64,000 nt of DNA from Anaeromyxobacter sp. (lineage in GTDB: Bacteria; Myxococcota; Myxococcia; Myxococcales; Anaeromyxobacteraceae), in the NCBI GenBank assembly GCA_049840735.1, contig JASGJN010000020.1, forward strand, positions 416,001-480,000, in the 5' to 3' direction. Of the stretch, positions 41,891 through 52,887 are shown one piece after another. The translations under genes and the position numbers were made by a program. The notes under the pieces are model-generated. The model was not told the DNA's origin. It made no database searches and saw nothing but the letters and a program-made list of their open reading frames with translations. Within the stretch, counting starts at the first letter, position 1; each line of letters begins with the position of its first letter.

Positions 41891-42280
41891 TCAGCGCCGC
41901 GCCGCGCGGACCGGGCGCCGCGCCACCGAGCGGATGGCCTGGGTGAGCGCCCCTCCGTCGACCGGCTTCTGCAGCACCGGCGCGACCTGCAGCGCGCGGT
42001 GGGCCAGGCCGGAGGCGCCGTGCGCCGTGACGAACACCACCGGCAGGTCCTGCCCCGCGGCCTGCAACTGCTCCCACAGCTCCAGGCCCCCCTCGCCCGG
42101 CATCCTCAGGTCCACCACCAGGCAGACCAGGTCCGCGGGCAGCGGCTGCGCCATCACCTGCGCCGCGGAGTGGAACGCGTCGGCGGCATAGCCGAAGGAC
42201 CGCAGCAGGCGCGACAGCGCCCGGCCGACCGCCTCGTCGTCATCGACGACGAAGATCCGGCCCAGGTCCTCGTCGGCCAT
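41891..42280 (-). CDS. Single-domain response regulator
   Basis: IFVVDDD, DLRMP, FVTAH, LQKP. Confidence 0.88.
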   Translation of the reverse strand: MADEDLGRIFVVDDDEAVGRALSRLLRSFGYAADAFHSAAQVMAQPLPADLVCLVVDLRMPGEGGLELWEQLQAAGQDLPVVFVTAHGASGLAHRALQVAPVLQKPVDGGALTQAIRSVARRPVRAARR

Positions 42281-42777
42281 GCGCTGGCGCCTCCTGGCTG
42301 AACCGGATCGGTGGAGCACGCGGACAGTCTCTTCCATCCGGAGCGCGGAGCAGATCGGACGTTGGTCCAAGCCCACTCCGAGGGTGCAATGGCGACCGCC
42401 CGTCCCCCCAGGAGGCGCGCTGGAAGCGGATGCGACCTTGGGCCAATGACCACGCCGGACCGCGTCGAGGAATACTGCGAGGAAGCGACCGTCTGTCGGT
42501 GGGCGCGGCGCCGGTCGCGCAGCGCGTTGCCCGGCCTCAGCACTGCGGGTGATCGCCCGGCCGCCACGGCGACTTCACTTCGGGCGAAAGCTGCTCCAGG
42601 CTCCGGCGCGGGCCGGCTCCATGCCGCCAGGCGTGCTCCGTCGCGCGGTGCCGACGAGCGAGCCCTGCTGCCCGCGCCGGGAGAGGGACGACCTGTCGAG
42701 CCGCGGACGGCCCATCCGGACCCCCTACGGACCGTGTCCTACATTCACCTGACAATGAACGTTTTCCGTGCACCGTT

Positions 42778-42793
42778 TGTGAAACTTCTCATG
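42778..42793. promoter_or_regulatory. Possible CRP/FNR-family site
   Basis: TGTGA-AACTTC-TCATG, 8/10 match to TGTGA-N6-TCACA, in the AT-rich region upstream of the kinase. Confidence 0.35.
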
Positions 42794-42906
42794 ACATCCG
42801 GCCGACAATACGGGCGAATACCCATTCAGCACTGTTGAGGTGGACGGCGGGTATGCGTCAGGATCACCTCCGGCCGTCGTCGCGTCTTCCGGGGGTCGTC
42901 TCAGGG

Positions 42907-44581
42907 ATGCAGAAGCGTCAGCAGGGCCGCGAGTCTCGCCGCGCGCGCGAACCGCTGGAGCGCGTGCTGGAGAGCTGCGCCCGCGACCTGCTGGCCGCGC
43001 CCGGTCCCGAGCTGCTCCGGGAGCTGGACCACGCCCTCGCGCGGATGGGGCGAGCCCTGCGGGTCGAGCGCGTTGCGCTCTGGGAGCGCGCGCCGGGAGA
43101 CGGCTTCGCCCTGGTGCACCAGTGGTCGCTCCCCGGCTGCGGGCTGGCCCCCGAGGCCGTGACGGCCGAGGAGCACGGGTGGCTGGTGGGGATGGCGCTC
43201 GCCGGGCATCCGGTCGTCTATCGGCGGCTGACCAATCTGCCGCGCGTGGCGCAGCGGGAGCGGCAGGCCTTCGCGCGCCACGGACCGCGCTCGGCCGTGG
43301 TCGTCGCGGCGCGGGTCGGCGGCGCCACGCGGGCGGTGCTCTCGGTGGGCACGGTCCGGCGCGAGCGCGGCTGGAGCCCGGGCACGGTGGGCTGGCTGGA
43401 GCAGGCGGCCGTGGTGCTGGCCGGCGCGCTGGAGCGCCGGAGCGCCCGCGCCACAGCCCTCGAGACCGAGGGGCGGCTGGGCGGGTTCCTGGAGGCGGTG
43501 CCGGACGGCATCCTGCTGGTCCAGCCCTCAGGCCGGATCGAGCAGGCCAACGGCCGCGCCACCGCCATCCTGGGGCGCCCGCAGCGCGAGCTGTGCGGGC
43601 AGCGGCTGCAGGACCTGCTGGCCGCCACACCCGAGGCGCGCCTGCCGGCCACCGGCGGCCTGCAGCGCATGCTGCAGGTGGAGACCCCGAGCCTGCTCCT
43701 GGCGCAGCGGGGCGACGGGACCACCGTGCCGGTGCAGGTGATCTTCCGCCCGCTCCAGACCCCCGGGCCGGCGCTGCTCTGCTGCGGTCTCCGCGACGCC
43801 ACGCCCATGATGCAGCTGCGCGAGGAGGCCGCCCGTCTCCGCGACGAGCTGGCGTTCATGGGCCGCACCGCCCTCCTGGCGCAGATGGGCAGCGGCATCG
43901 CCCACGAGCTCAACCAGCCCCTCACGGCCATCCTCTCCAACGCCGAGAACCGCCCAGCGGCTGCTGCGGCGCGCCCCCGCCCTCGACACGCCGGAGGTCC
44001 GGGAGGCGCTGGCCGACGTGGTCAACGAGACGCGTCGCGCCGCCGACGTGCTGGGGCGGATGCGCGACATGCTCCGCCGGCGCGAGTCGGAGCGCGCGCC
44101 GGTGGCGCTGGGTGCGCTGCTGGAGGGCGTGGCCCGCCGCTTCCGGGAGGAGGGGGTGGCGCGCGCCATCCAGCTCGCCTGCGAGCTGGACCGCGGCCTG
44201 CCCGCCGTGCCCGGCGACGTCGTCCAGCTGGAGCAGGTGCTCATGAACCTGGTGGTGAACGCGTTCGACGCGCTGGGGGTCGGCGGCGCCGGCCCGCGCC
44301 GGGTGGTGCTGCGCGCCCGCGCGGCGCCCGGTGGCGGCGTGGATCTCGCGGTGCGGGACACCGGCCCCGGCCTGCCCGACCAGGCGCTGGCGCACGCGTT
44401 CGACCCCTTCTTCACCACGAAGCCCCAGGGGCTGGGGATGGGCCTGGCCATCAGCCGATCGATCGTCGAGGCCCACGGCGGGAGGCTGCTGGCGCGGAAC
44501 AACAGCGACCGCGGCGCCACCTTCGAGCTCCACCTGCCCCCGGCCCGGCCGGCCGGAGCCATGTCCCGGAGGCCCGCATGA
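42907..44581 (+). CDS. GAF-PAS sensor histidine kinase, FixL/NodV-like; frameshift at ~43948
   Basis: [51 protein letters not shown]. Removing one A at GAGAACC gives NAETAQRLL. Confidence 0.87.
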
Positions 44582-45213
44582 GCGACGCGGAGCTGGTGCT
44601 GGTGGTCGACGACGACGCCGCGGTGCGCACCGGGCTGGCGAGGCTGCTCGCCGCCTCCGGCCTGGCGGTGGAGACCTTCGCCTCGGGGCGGGCGCTGCTG
44701 GCCCGGCTGCCGCAGGTCACGGTCCCCTGCTGCGTGCTGAGCGACGTGCGGATGCCCGGCATGGATGGGCTGGCGCTGCAGCAGGCGGCGACCCCCGGCG
44801 GCGCGGTCTTCGTCTTCCTGACCGGGCACGCAGACGTGTCCACCGCGGTCCAGGCGCTGAAGGCGGGCGCGGTCGATCTGCTGCAGAAGCCCGCGCAGGC
44901 CGGCGCGCTCCTCCCTGCGGTCCGGGCGGCGCTGGCGCGCGCGCGCGACCGGTCGTCCCTGCGCCACCGCGTGGACGGCCTGCGCGCCCGCTACGCCACC
45001 CTCACGCCGCGCGAGCGGCAGGTGTTCGCGCTGGTCACCTCCGGCCTGCTCAACAAGCAGGTCGGCTACGCGCTGGGCACCTCCGAGAAGACGGTCAAGG
45101 TGCAGCGCGGGCGGGTCTTCGAGAAGATGGCCGCGGGCTCGCTGGCCGAGCTGGTGCGCATGGCCGACGCCCTGCAGCTCGAGCCGTCTGCCGGCGCTGG
45201 CGCGCCGGCCTAG
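44578..45213 (+). CDS. FixJ/NodW-family response regulator (receiver plus LuxR HTH)
   Basis: [26 protein letters not shown]...GLLNKQV...[19 protein letters not shown] overlap with the kinase stop. Confidence 0.92.
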   Translation: MSDAELVLVVDDDAAVRTGLARLLAASGLAVETFASGRALLARLPQVTVPCCVLSDVRMPGMDGLALQQAATPGGAVFVFLTGHADVSTAVQALKAGAVDLLQKPAQAGALLPAVRAALARARDRSSLRHRVDGLRARYATLTPRERQVFALVTSGLLNKQVGYALGTSEKTVKVQRGRVFEKMAAGSLAELVRMADALQLEPSAGAGAPA

Positions 45214-46604
45214 AACGCCTCGCCGGCCCCCAGGTAGAACCCGAGCGACCGCTGGCCCGCCGCCAGGTCCAGCCGCAGCGCGGTGCGGGACTGGCGCAGC
45301 AGCATGAGCCTCAGCCCGCCCCCGGCCGCCACCCGGACCGCGTCGAAGAGCTTCTCGCCGCGCTCGGAGTAGCCGTACTCGGGCAGCTCCACCGCGGGGC
45401 GCGCGTAGGACTGGAGGCTGGAGAAGAGCGTCCCGCCCCAGAGGCCGTCGTCGGTGATCCGGAAGCGCCACTCCACCTCGCCGTAGGCCATGGACGTCCC
45501 GCGGAACCGCCCCTGCACGTAGCCGCGCCCGCTGGTGCTGCGCGCGTCCCAGCCGCTGGAGGGCAGCGCCAGGTAGGGCAGCCGCCCGCTGGTGACGCCG
45601 GACGCCATGGCCCAGAAGGCCAGCACGTTGCGCGGGTCCTCCGCGCGCAGCCCGAGGTACCAGCGCCCCTCGACGGAGACCAGCGTGGCGGAGCGGTCGC
45701 TGCCCAGCCAGGTCGGGTAACCGGTGAAGCGCAGGTGGCCGTACCAGCCCCGGTAGGCGGCGATGGTGGAGTCGCGCGAGTCGGAGACGGCCTCCAGGCT
45801 GAGACCGGAGGCGGTGTAGCCGGCGGGGTCGAATCCCTTCATCAGGCTGTAGGCGTAGTGGCTGGTCAGCACAGCGGGCGTGGCGGCGGGATCGAGCCGG
45901 TGGTCCACCACGTGCGTGTAGCGATCCAGCCGGTAGCCCGCGCCCAGGTAGACGCTGCCCTTCACGCGCCGGAGCGCGCTCTGGTGGAAGCGCAGCAGGT
46001 CGAAGTCCATCGGCTGCGCGCCGTCCACCTCGGCCAGGTCTCCCCAGCCGTTGAGCGTGATGCCGTCCTGCAGCGGCGTGGAGCTCGTGCCCAGGCCGTA
46101 GGTGTCCTGGTTGAAGATCAGGTAGCGCCAGTCGGCCAGCAGCTCCCAGGTGTTCCCGGGCAGCAGCGCGGTGGCGGCGAGCTGCACGATCACCTGGTTC
46201 TTGGTGGTGTAGAGCAGCGTGGCGGTGGCGCTGGAGATGGTGGTGTCGCGCCCGTCGCCCAGCAGCATGCCGGCCGTGCCGGCGAGGCCGAAGAGCACGC
46301 CGGAGGACGGCGAGTAGCCGATGGCCGGCACTCCCGCCACGAGCGGCACCAGCGTCTCGGGCGCCTGCGGCGCGCCCTGCTTGAGCCCCAGCACGTTGAA
46401 GATGTCGCGCCGGTCGGCGTAGGGCTGGCAGCGCCCGTCGATGCAGACGTTCCCCTGCCCCAGGCTGGCGGCGCAGGCCGCGCTCCCGGTGCACGGGAGG
46501 GCCTCGTTCCCTCCAGCGGGATCGCCGGCCGCGGCGGCGCCCGGGAGGAGCGCCAGCGCGACGGCCACCCCGGCCAGCGCGGCCGCCGTTCGGCGCGAGG
46601 TCAC
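45210..46604 (-). CDS. BamA/TamA (Omp85)-like stand-alone barrel with small Cys-rich N-terminal module
   Basis: [35 protein letters not shown]-terminal GEAF. GTGA overlap with the upstream gene. Confidence 0.8.
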   Translation of the reverse strand: MTSRRTAAALAGVAVALALLPGAAAAGDPAGGNEALPCTGSAACAASLGQGNVCIDGRCQPYADRRDIFNVLGLKQGAPQAPETLVPLVAGVPAIGYSPSSGVLFGLAGTAGMLLGDGRDTTISSATATLLYTTKNQVIVQLAATALLPGNTWELLADWRYLIFNQDTYGLGTSSTPLQDGITLNGWGDLAEVDGAQPMDFDLLRFHQSALRRVKGSVYLGAGYRLDRYTHVVDHRLDPAATPAVLTSHYAYSLMKGFDPAGYTASGLSLEAVSDSRDSTIAAYRGWYGHLRFTGYPTWLGSDRSATLVSVEGRWYLGLRAEDPRNVLAFWAMASGVTSGRLPYLALPSSGWDARSTSGRGYVQGRFRGTSMAYGEVEWRFRITDDGLWGGTLFSSLQSYARPAVELPEYGYSERGEKLFDAVRVAAGGGLRLMLLRQSRTALRLDLAAGQRSLGFYLGAGEAF

Positions 46605-47491
46605 GGTCCCCCGGGACCCGCGGCGGGCGCCGGCGCCGGCCGCGGCGCGTCCCAGCGCTGCTTGTAGGTGGCGCGGGTCCGCTCCACCGCCTCGGGGTCG
46701 AGGCTGCCGGAGATGAGCTTCCGGACCGCGAAGCCGACCAGCTTGTACTCGTCGGCGCAGGTCTCGGCGCGGTCCCTGGGCAGGTAGCCCTTCTCCACCA
46801 GCCCCGCGTACGCCTGCGCGTCGGCGCCGTAGGCCATGCAGAGCACGTTGTAGAGCCGCTGCGCGTCCAGCCCGTGCACGTCCGCGAAATCGCTCTCGTC
46901 CGCCGCGCGCGCCTCCGCGTCGTGCTTGTACATCCAGGCCGTGCCGGCCAGCGTCCGCCGCGCCACGCCGGTGCCCGCCCGCAGCAGCACGTAGGCGGCC
47001 ACCTGGTCCGCCGCGTCCTCCTCGCGCCCCAGCACCGGGACCTGGAGCAGGTCGAACAGCGCGTGGCTCACCTCGTGGAGCATCACGAAGACCACCGGGC
47101 CGTCGGCCGCGTCCTCGCGCACGATGCCGTACTTCGCGGCCCCCTCCGCGGCGGCGTCGAACTCGGCCACCAGCTCGTAGCAGAACGTGACCTCGTGCGT
47201 CTCCACGTCGTACCAGGCGTTGGAGGTGCCCTCGCAGCTGGCGAAGCGCAGCGTCAGCGGGCGCGGCAGGCGGACCGTCCCGACGATGTCGGCGAACGTC
47301 TCGAGGACCTTTCGCTCGCGCAGGTGGGCCCGGAACCGCTCGTGGGCCGGGTCGGTCGGGGCGTCGTAGGCGAAGCGGACCTGCTTCTGCTTCGGCTGGC
47401 TGGTGCCGGCCGGCGCCGCCGGCTTCGCGGGGGGCGCGGCCGCGGCCAGAGGGGCGGCCAGCAGCGCGGCCAGCAGCGCGGCGCGCCTCAC
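46601..47491 (-). CDS. DUF4344-type putative metallopeptidase, secreted
   Basis: C...NAWY...CYE, HEVSH (HExxH), EEDAAD, H..D.QR.YN..C..YG. Confidence 0.82.
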   Translation of the reverse strand: MRRAALLAALLAAPLAAAAPPAKPAAPAGTSQPKQKQVRFAYDAPTDPAHERFRAHLRERKVLETFADIVGTVRLPRPLTLRFASCEGTSNAWYDVETHEVTFCYELVAEFDAAAEGAAKYGIVREDAADGPVVFVMLHEVSHALFDLLQVPVLGREEDAADQVAAYVLLRAGTGVARRTLAGTAWMYKHDAEARAADESDFADVHGLDAQRLYNVLCMAYGADAQAYAGLVEKGYLPRDRAETCADEYKLVGFAVRKLISGSLDPEAVERTRATYKQRWDAPRPAPAPAAGPGGP

Positions 47492-48003
47492 AGCCCCACC
47501 GCCTTCTTGCACGCGCTGGAGAGCTTCTGCGCCTGCCCGCGCAGGCAGAGCACCACGCGCCCGCCGCCGGGCGCCACCCCTGGGCAGAGGTTGGCCGCAT
47601 CCGTGGCGCAGGCGCGGCCGTAGACGCGGGCCTTCTCCAGCGCGGTCGAGACCGCCTCCTCGCAGGGCGTGGAGAGCTCGCTCCGGCCCAGGTGGCTGGA
47701 GAGGCAGGCCACCACCCGCCCCTCGCCCGGCGTCACCCGCGGGCAGTACCGCCACACGTCCCCTCCGCAGCGCGCGCTGAACTCGCCGGCCCGGCGCTGC
47801 ACCTCCTGGATGTTCCGCTGGCAGGCGGTGGAGAGCTGGAGCTGGTTGCGGAGCAGGCAGTCCCAGAGCTGCCCGCCCTCGGCCGGGGTCCCGGGGCAGA
47901 GCCGGGCGGCGTCCGTGGTGCAGGGCGTGTCGGCGCGGGTCGGCGCGGCCGCGAGCGCCACCACGGCGGCGGCCAGGGCGAGGAGGAGCGTTGAGCGGCG
48001 CAT
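47488..48003 (-). CDS. Secreted cysteine-rich repeat protein
   Basis: Signal peptide and three repeats of C..D...C....G.G....CL......LS..C. Confidence 0.82.
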   Translation of the reverse strand: MRRSTLLLALAAAVVALAAAPTRADTPCTTDAARLCPGTPAEGGQLWDCLLRNQLQLSTACQRNIQEVQRRAGEFSARCGGDVWRYCPRVTPGEGRVVACLSSHLGRSELSTPCEEAVSTALEKARVYGRACATDAANLCPGVAPGGGRVVLCLRGQAQKLSSACKKAVGL

Positions 48004-48211
48004 GGGGGACCCCTGGGCTGACGGTGAACCACCTTCGCGCGCGCCCTGCCGCCGGGCCAGACGACCAAGGTCCAGCCCCGCGCGGGAAGGCGTGCCGCCC
48101 GGGAAGGATACCTCGATCGGGAGATGGAGGATTGCGCCCTTGGTCCAGTTTCACCCGGAGCGTCGAAGCGGTAAGCCGGAGCAGTTCCAGCCATCTCCGG
48201 AGGAGGTCCAC

Positions 48212-48952
48212 ATGCGTAGGACGATCGTGGTCGGTGCGGCGCTGCTGCTCGGCGCCTCGGGGTGCGTCTCCTCGAGCAAGTTCGAGAAGAAGGAGGCGGA
48301 GGCCACCGCCAGCGCGGCGGCTGCCAAGGAGGCCGGCGAGAAGGCCGCGGCCTGCGAGGCCAAGCTCAAGACCGTCTCGGACGAGCTGACCGCCAGCACG
48401 CAGGCGAAGGACGAGCTGCAGGTGAAGATGACGTCGCTGCAGGAGGAGAAGGACACGGCCGTCGCCAAGAGCGCCCAGTACGAGCAGCTGGCCAGCTCGC
48501 TCCAGAAGGAGATCCAGGCCGGCCAGGTCGAGGTCACCGAGCTCAAGGGCAAGATGATCGTGAAGCTGAAGGACAAGATCCTCTTCCCCTCCGGCTCGGC
48601 CAGGCTGAACAGGGAGGGGCGCGAGGCGCTCGACCGCGTGGCCGACGCCTTCAAGGACGTGAAGGCCAAGAACGTCCTGGTGGCCGGCTTCACCGACGAC
48701 GTCCGCGTGGCCGCCAACCTCCCGTTCAAGGACAACTGGGAGCTCTCGGCGGCGCGCGCCACCGCCGTGGTCCGCTACCTGGCCTCCAAGGGCGTGCCGC
48801 CCGTCATGCTCGGCGCGGCCGGGTTCGGTGAGTTCCGCCCGGTGGCCCCCAACGACTCGCCGGCCAACCGCAGCCTCAACCGCCGCATCGAGATCGCCCT
48901 CACCCCGGCCGACTACACGCCGCCGGAGGTGGACGCGGCCGCCACGAAGTGA
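48212..48952 (+). CDS. OmpA/MotB-family lipoprotein with coiled coil
   Basis: Lipobox ASGC, ILFPSGSA, GFTD, NWELSAARA, NRRIEI; GGAGGAGG RBS. Confidence 0.9.
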   Translation: MRRTIVVGAALLLGASGCVSSSKFEKKEAEATASAAAAKEAGEKAAACEAKLKTVSDELTASTQAKDELQVKMTSLQEEKDTAVAKSAQYEQLASSLQKEIQAGQVEVTELKGKMIVKLKDKILFPSGSARLNREGREALDRVADAFKDVKAKNVLVAGFTDDVRVAANLPFKDNWELSAARATAVVRYLASKGVPPVMLGAAGFGEFRPVAPNDSPANRSLNRRIEIALTPADYTPPEVDAAATK

Positions 48953-49103
48953 CCGCCGACCGGGCCTCGCCGCAAGCGCTCCCCGCGCCCGGCGAGGCCC
49001 CGCCTCTCCGCCGACGGTAGCCCCAAGGTCCAATTCTCGCGCCCCCCGGGACGCGAGAAGACTCCCCCACCGCTCGGGAGCCCTCTCCCGCTGGAGGCCC
49101 AGA

Positions 49104-49703
49104 ATGAGATCCCATCGTCACCTGTGGGTGCTGGTCGCCGCGCTCGTCGCCGGCTGCGGCGACTACGGCGCGCCCGACTCGGTGGTGTACGGCACGGCCG
49201 TCTACACCCAGCCCAAGCCCGGGTTCGACTTCAACCAGGACCTGACCTCGAACGCCTACTTCCTCGATCCGCTGCTCAAGATCCAGGAGGACCAGGAGTC
49301 CACCACCCAGGATCTGCCGGCCAACGTGGCCGCGGCCATCAACACCCAGCTGCAGGCGCTGGGCTACACGCCCGTGGACACCCTGGGCGCCGCCGCGGTC
49401 GGCGTGAAGGTCTCGGTGCTCAAGGGCACCGGCACCGTCTGGTACCCGGGGTACTGGTGTGACTACTGGTACGCCTACTACGGCTGCTACTACGACTGGT
49501 ACTACGCCGGCAGCTACAAGTTCGGCACCGTGATCCTGGAGATGGGCGACCTCACCGCGCCGGACAACGGCAAGCTCCCCATCCTCTGGCTGAGCGCCAT
49601 CTACGGCGTCGCGACCACGCCCACCAACGACTCGCAGCGCGTGGTGGACGGGATCGACCGGGCCTTCGCGCAGTCGGCGTCCTACCTGAAGCTCACCCCG
49701 TGA
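49104..49703 (+). CDS. DUF4136-like lipoprotein with Tyr/Trp-rich loop
   Basis: Lipobox VAGC, L.ALGY, Y..GTVILEM, IDRAFAQS. Confidence 0.75.
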   Translation: MRSHRHLWVLVAALVAGCGDYGAPDSVVYGTAVYTQPKPGFDFNQDLTSNAYFLDPLLKIQEDQESTTQDLPANVAAAINTQLQALGYTPVDTLGAAAVGVKVSVLKGTGTVWYPGYWCDYWYAYYGCYYDWYYAGSYKFGTVILEMGDLTAPDNGKLPILWLSAIYGVATTPTNDSQRVVDGIDRAFAQSASYLKLTP

Positions 49704-49714
49704 GGACGACCGCC

Positions 49715-50347
49715 ATGAAGACCACGCTTGCCCGCGCCGCCGTCCTCCTCGGAGCCCTGCTGGCCGCCGGCGCCGCCCGCGCCCAGGACTACCGCTCCTA
49801 CCGGCCGCAGCAGAGCCTCTACATCTTCAACTACGAGATCTCGAAGGGCGTCGGCTCCTTCGGCGACTTCATCGACGCCACCAGCTACCGCGGCTTCTCC
49901 TTCGAGGCCCGCTCGATGGTGCGGGACAGCTTCTCGGCCGGCATCGGCGTCACCTGGAACCGGTTCGACCAGACGGTGGACGCCACCCGCACCTACCCGA
50001 ACGGCGGACAGCTCACCGGGCCGTCCTACCGGTACGCCGACCAGCTCGCCATCAAGGGGCTGTTCCACGCCTACCTGGGCCAGGGCGCGCTGCGGCCGTA
50101 CCTGGGCGTCGGGCTGGGCGGCGTCTGGAACTACTCCTACTCGCAGATGGCCGACTTCGCCTCCGCCGACAACGGCTTCGAGTTCATCGCCAGCCCGGAG
50201 GTGGGGCTCACCTTCACGCTCGCCAAGGGAGCCAGCAGCGCCGGCATCAACCTCGCCCTCCGCTACAACTGGACCACCGCCGACTTCCAGTCGGTCAACG
50301 ACGCCCAGAGCGTGGCGCTGGCCATCGGCTTCTTCGGCTCGTACTGA
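49715..50347 (+). CDS. Outer-membrane beta-barrel protein (8-strand type)
   Basis: Signal peptide, SYRG.S.E.R, PYLGVGLG, SPEVG, C-terminal aromatic residue. Confidence 0.8.
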   Translation: MKTTLARAAVLLGALLAAGAARAQDYRSYRPQQSLYIFNYEISKGVGSFGDFIDATSYRGFSFEARSMVRDSFSAGIGVTWNRFDQTVDATRTYPNGGQLTGPSYRYADQLAIKGLFHAYLGQGALRPYLGVGLGGVWNYSYSQMADFASADNGFEFIASPEVGLTFTLAKGASSAGINLALRYNWTTADFQSVNDAQSVALAIGFFGSY

Positions 50348-50368
50348 GCGGACGCCGCGAGCGCTGTT

Positions 50369-50396
50369 CGACGGGGGCCCTTCGCGGCCCCCGTCG
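50369..50396 (+). terminator. Intrinsic terminator-like hairpin
   Basis: CGACGGGGGCC-CTTCGC-GGCCCCCGTCG followed by TACTT. Confidence 0.6.
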
Positions 50397-50484
50397 TACT
50401 TCAGCCCGCCCGCCCCATACACCCGCTTGGGGAGCGCCCAAGGTCGCCTTCCCCTTCGAGGCGTTCCAGGGCTCTCCTCGCCCC

Positions 50485-52809
50485 ATGAGAACCATCGCCT
50501 TCGTCGCGCTGGCGGCGCTCGCCGCCACCGCTGGCGCCCAGCAACCCTCCGCCCCGCAGTGGCCGCGCGCCATCGAGACCCCCAAGGGCTCGCTGGTGGT
50601 CTACCAGCCCCAGCTCGAGAAGCTCGAGGGCGTGCAGCTGACCGGCCGCTCTGCCGCCTCCTGGCAGGCGAAGGACGCCGCCGCCCCCATCTTCGGCGTC
50701 TTCTGGTTCGACGCGCGGGTGCTGGTGGACAAGGAGCAGCGCACCGTCCACGCCGAGCAGGTGACCGTCACCAAGGTCCGCTTCCCCAACATCACCAAGG
50801 AGCAGGAGGGCGCGGTCGCCAGGGTGATCGAGGAGGAGATCCCGAAGTGGGACGTGACCGGCTCGCTGGACGACATCCAGGCGGCCGTGGCGGTGACGCA
50901 GCAGGAGCGCAAGAGCGAGGAGGGGCTCTCGGTCACGCCGCCGAAGCTGATCTTCTCCACCGACCCCGCCATCCTGCTCCTCTACGACGGTGAGCCGGCG
51001 CTGCGGCCGGTGCAGGACACCGGCCTCGAGCGCGCGGTCAACACGCCGCTCTTCGTGGTCAAGGACCCGGCCGCCGGGAAGGTGTTCCTGGGCGGCGGCG
51101 CGGTCTGGTACGAGGCCAACGATCCCAAGGGGCCCTGGGCCCCGGGCGCCACGCCCACGCCACCGGTGAAGGAGCTGTTCGAGAAGAGCAAGCCGCCGGA
51201 GCAGCCGGCCGCCGACGGCGCCCCGAAGCCCGCCCCCGCCTCAGCGAAGACCGGGGAGGCCCCGCCCCGCATCATCGTCGCCACCCAGCCCACCGAGCTG
51301 GTCAGCTTCGACGGCAAGCCGAGCTACGCGCCGGTGGACAAGGAGGGCAGCCTCCTCTACGCCGACAACACCGACGGCCGGGTGCTGGTGAGCGTCACCA
51401 CCAACGAGACCTTCGTCCTCATCTCCGGGCGCTGGTACAAGGCCACCTCGCTCGACGGTCCGTGGACCCCGGTCCGGCCCGATCGCCTGCCGCCCACCTT
51501 CCGCACCATCCCGCCGGAGTCTCCCATCGCGGACGTGCGCGCGTTCGTGACCGGCACCGACGAGGCCAAGGACGCGCTGGCCGACAGCCAGATCCCGCAG
51601 ACCACGGCGGTGAAGCGCGACCAGACGGTGGAGGTCACCTACGACGGCGAGCCCAAGTTCAAGGAGATCGAGGGGACGGGGATGGCCTACGCGGTCAACA
51701 CCGCCTTCTCCGTGATCCGCGACAGCGGGCAGTACTGGGTCTGCCACCAGGGCGTCTGGTACGTCTCGGCCTCGCCCAAGGGGCCGTGGAAGGTCAGCGA
51801 CCGGCGGCCGCCCTCCATCGACAAGGTCCCGGCCACCTCGCCCGTCTACAACACCAAGTACGTCTACGTGTACGACACCACGCCCGAGGTGGTGTACGTG
51901 GGCTACCTGCCCGGCTACACCGGGGTCTACCCGTACTACGGGACCGTGGTCTACGGCACCGGCTACTACTACCCGCCGTACATCGGCCCGGTGTACTGCT
52001 ACCCGCGCCCAGCCACCTTCGGCGTGCACGTCAGCTACAGCCCCTGGGGCGGCTGGGGCGTGGGCGTCAGCTACGGCACGCCCTACTTCTCGGTCGGCAT
52101 CCACTTCGGCGGCTACGGCGGCTACTACGGCCCAGCCGGCTACCGCCCGCCCTACCCGCCGGCCTACGGCTACCGCCCGCCGCCCCCCGGCTACCGGCCG
52201 CCGCCCGGTCGCTACCCCGGCGGCGGCTATCCGAGCACGCGCCCGCCGGCTGGCGGCGTGGGGGGTGTCGGCGGTGTCGGCGGTGTCGGCGGTGTCGGCG
52301 GCGTCGGTGCCGTAGGCGGCGTCGGTGCCGTCGGTGGCGTGGGCGGCGTCGGCGGCCCGGGTGGTGTCGGCGGTGCGGGCGGTGTCGGCGGTCCGGGCGG
52401 CCCCGGGAATCGCCCGTCCACCGGCGGGCCGCGGCCCAGCACGCAGCCCTCGAACAACATCTACAACCGGCCGGAGAACTCCAACCGCAACGCCGCGCCG
52501 CGCGCCTCCAACCGCCAGCAGCCCTCGGTCTCGACCCAGCCCAACAACGTCTACGGCGATCGCAACGGCAACGTGTACCGCCAGAACGACAAGGGCGGCT
52601 TCGACCGGAACACGAGCGGCGGCTGGCAGGGCGATCGCGGCGGCGGCGCCTCCGCGCGCGACGCGGGCCGCGGCGGCTCCTCCTCCAGCCTGAACCGCGA
52701 CGCCTCCGCCCGCAGCCGCAGCAGCGGCGGCAGCTACGGCGGGGGCCGCGGGGGTGGCTACGGCGGCGGCCGAGGTGGCGGCGGGGGGAGAGGCGGCGGG
52801 CGCCGCTAG
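50485..52809 (+). CDS. Large secreted protein (family often labelled 'carbohydrate-binding family V/XII') with Tyr/Pro/Gly-rich and RGG tail
   Basis: Signal peptide, WPR..YQPQ, repeated G.WY......GPW modules, VYVGYLPGYTG, (GGV)n and NNVYGDRNGNVY. Confidence 0.75.
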   Translation: MRTIAFVALAALAATAGAQQPSAPQWPRAIETPKGSLVVYQPQLEKLEGVQLTGRSAASWQAKDAAAPIFGVFWFDARVLVDKEQRTVHAEQVTVTKVRFPNITKEQEGAVARVIEEEIPKWDVTGSLDDIQAAVAVTQQERKSEEGLSVTPPKLIFSTDPAILLLYDGEPALRPVQDTGLERAVNTPLFVVKDPAAGKVFLGGGAVWYEANDPKGPWAPGATPTPPVKELFEKSKPPEQPAADGAPKPAPASAKTGEAPPRIIVATQPTELVSFDGKPSYAPVDKEGSLLYADNTDGRVLVSVTTNETFVLISGRWYKATSLDGPWTPVRPDRLPPTFRTIPPESPIADVRAFVTGTDEAKDALADSQIPQTTAVKRDQTVEVTYDGEPKFKEIEGTGMAYAVNTAFSVIRDSGQYWVCHQGVWYVSASPKGPWKVSDRRPPSIDKVPATSPVYNTKYVYVYDTTPEVVYVGYLPGYTGVYPYYGTVVYGTGYYYPPYIGPVYCYPRPATFGVHVSYSPWGGWGVGVSYGTPYFSVGIHFGGYGGYYGPAGYRPPYPPAYGYRPPPPGYRPPPGRYPGGGYPSTRPPAGGVGGVGGVGGVGGVGGVGAVGGVGAVGGVGGVGGPGGVGGAGGVGGPGGPGNRPSTGGPRPSTQPSNNIYNRPENSNRNAAPRASNRQQPSVSTQPNNVYGDRNGNVYRQNDKGGFDRNTSGGWQGDRGGGASARDAGRGGSSSSLNRDASARSRSSGGSYGGGRGGGYGGGRGGGGGRGGGRR
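52252..52400 (+). repeat. 9-bp tandem repeat encoding (GGV)n
   Basis: About 15 GGCGGTGTC-like units inside the CDS. Confidence 0.8.
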
Positions 52810-52887
52810 CGCAGCGTGAAACCGCGCGCCCTCCGCCGGGGCGCGCGGCCTCGACCGGCGGCCCGCGGCGGAGCAGGGAGCATCCCC

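Noticed and set aside
42311..42838. Small ORFs between the receiver gene and the kinase
   Set aside because: No recognisable motif or RBS, and atypical codon use. Treated as regulatory DNA.
42835..45213. 792-aa hybrid kinase-regulator ORF in the track
   Set aside because: Artefact of the 43948 frameshift. The corrected kinase ends at 44581 and the regulator starts at 44578.
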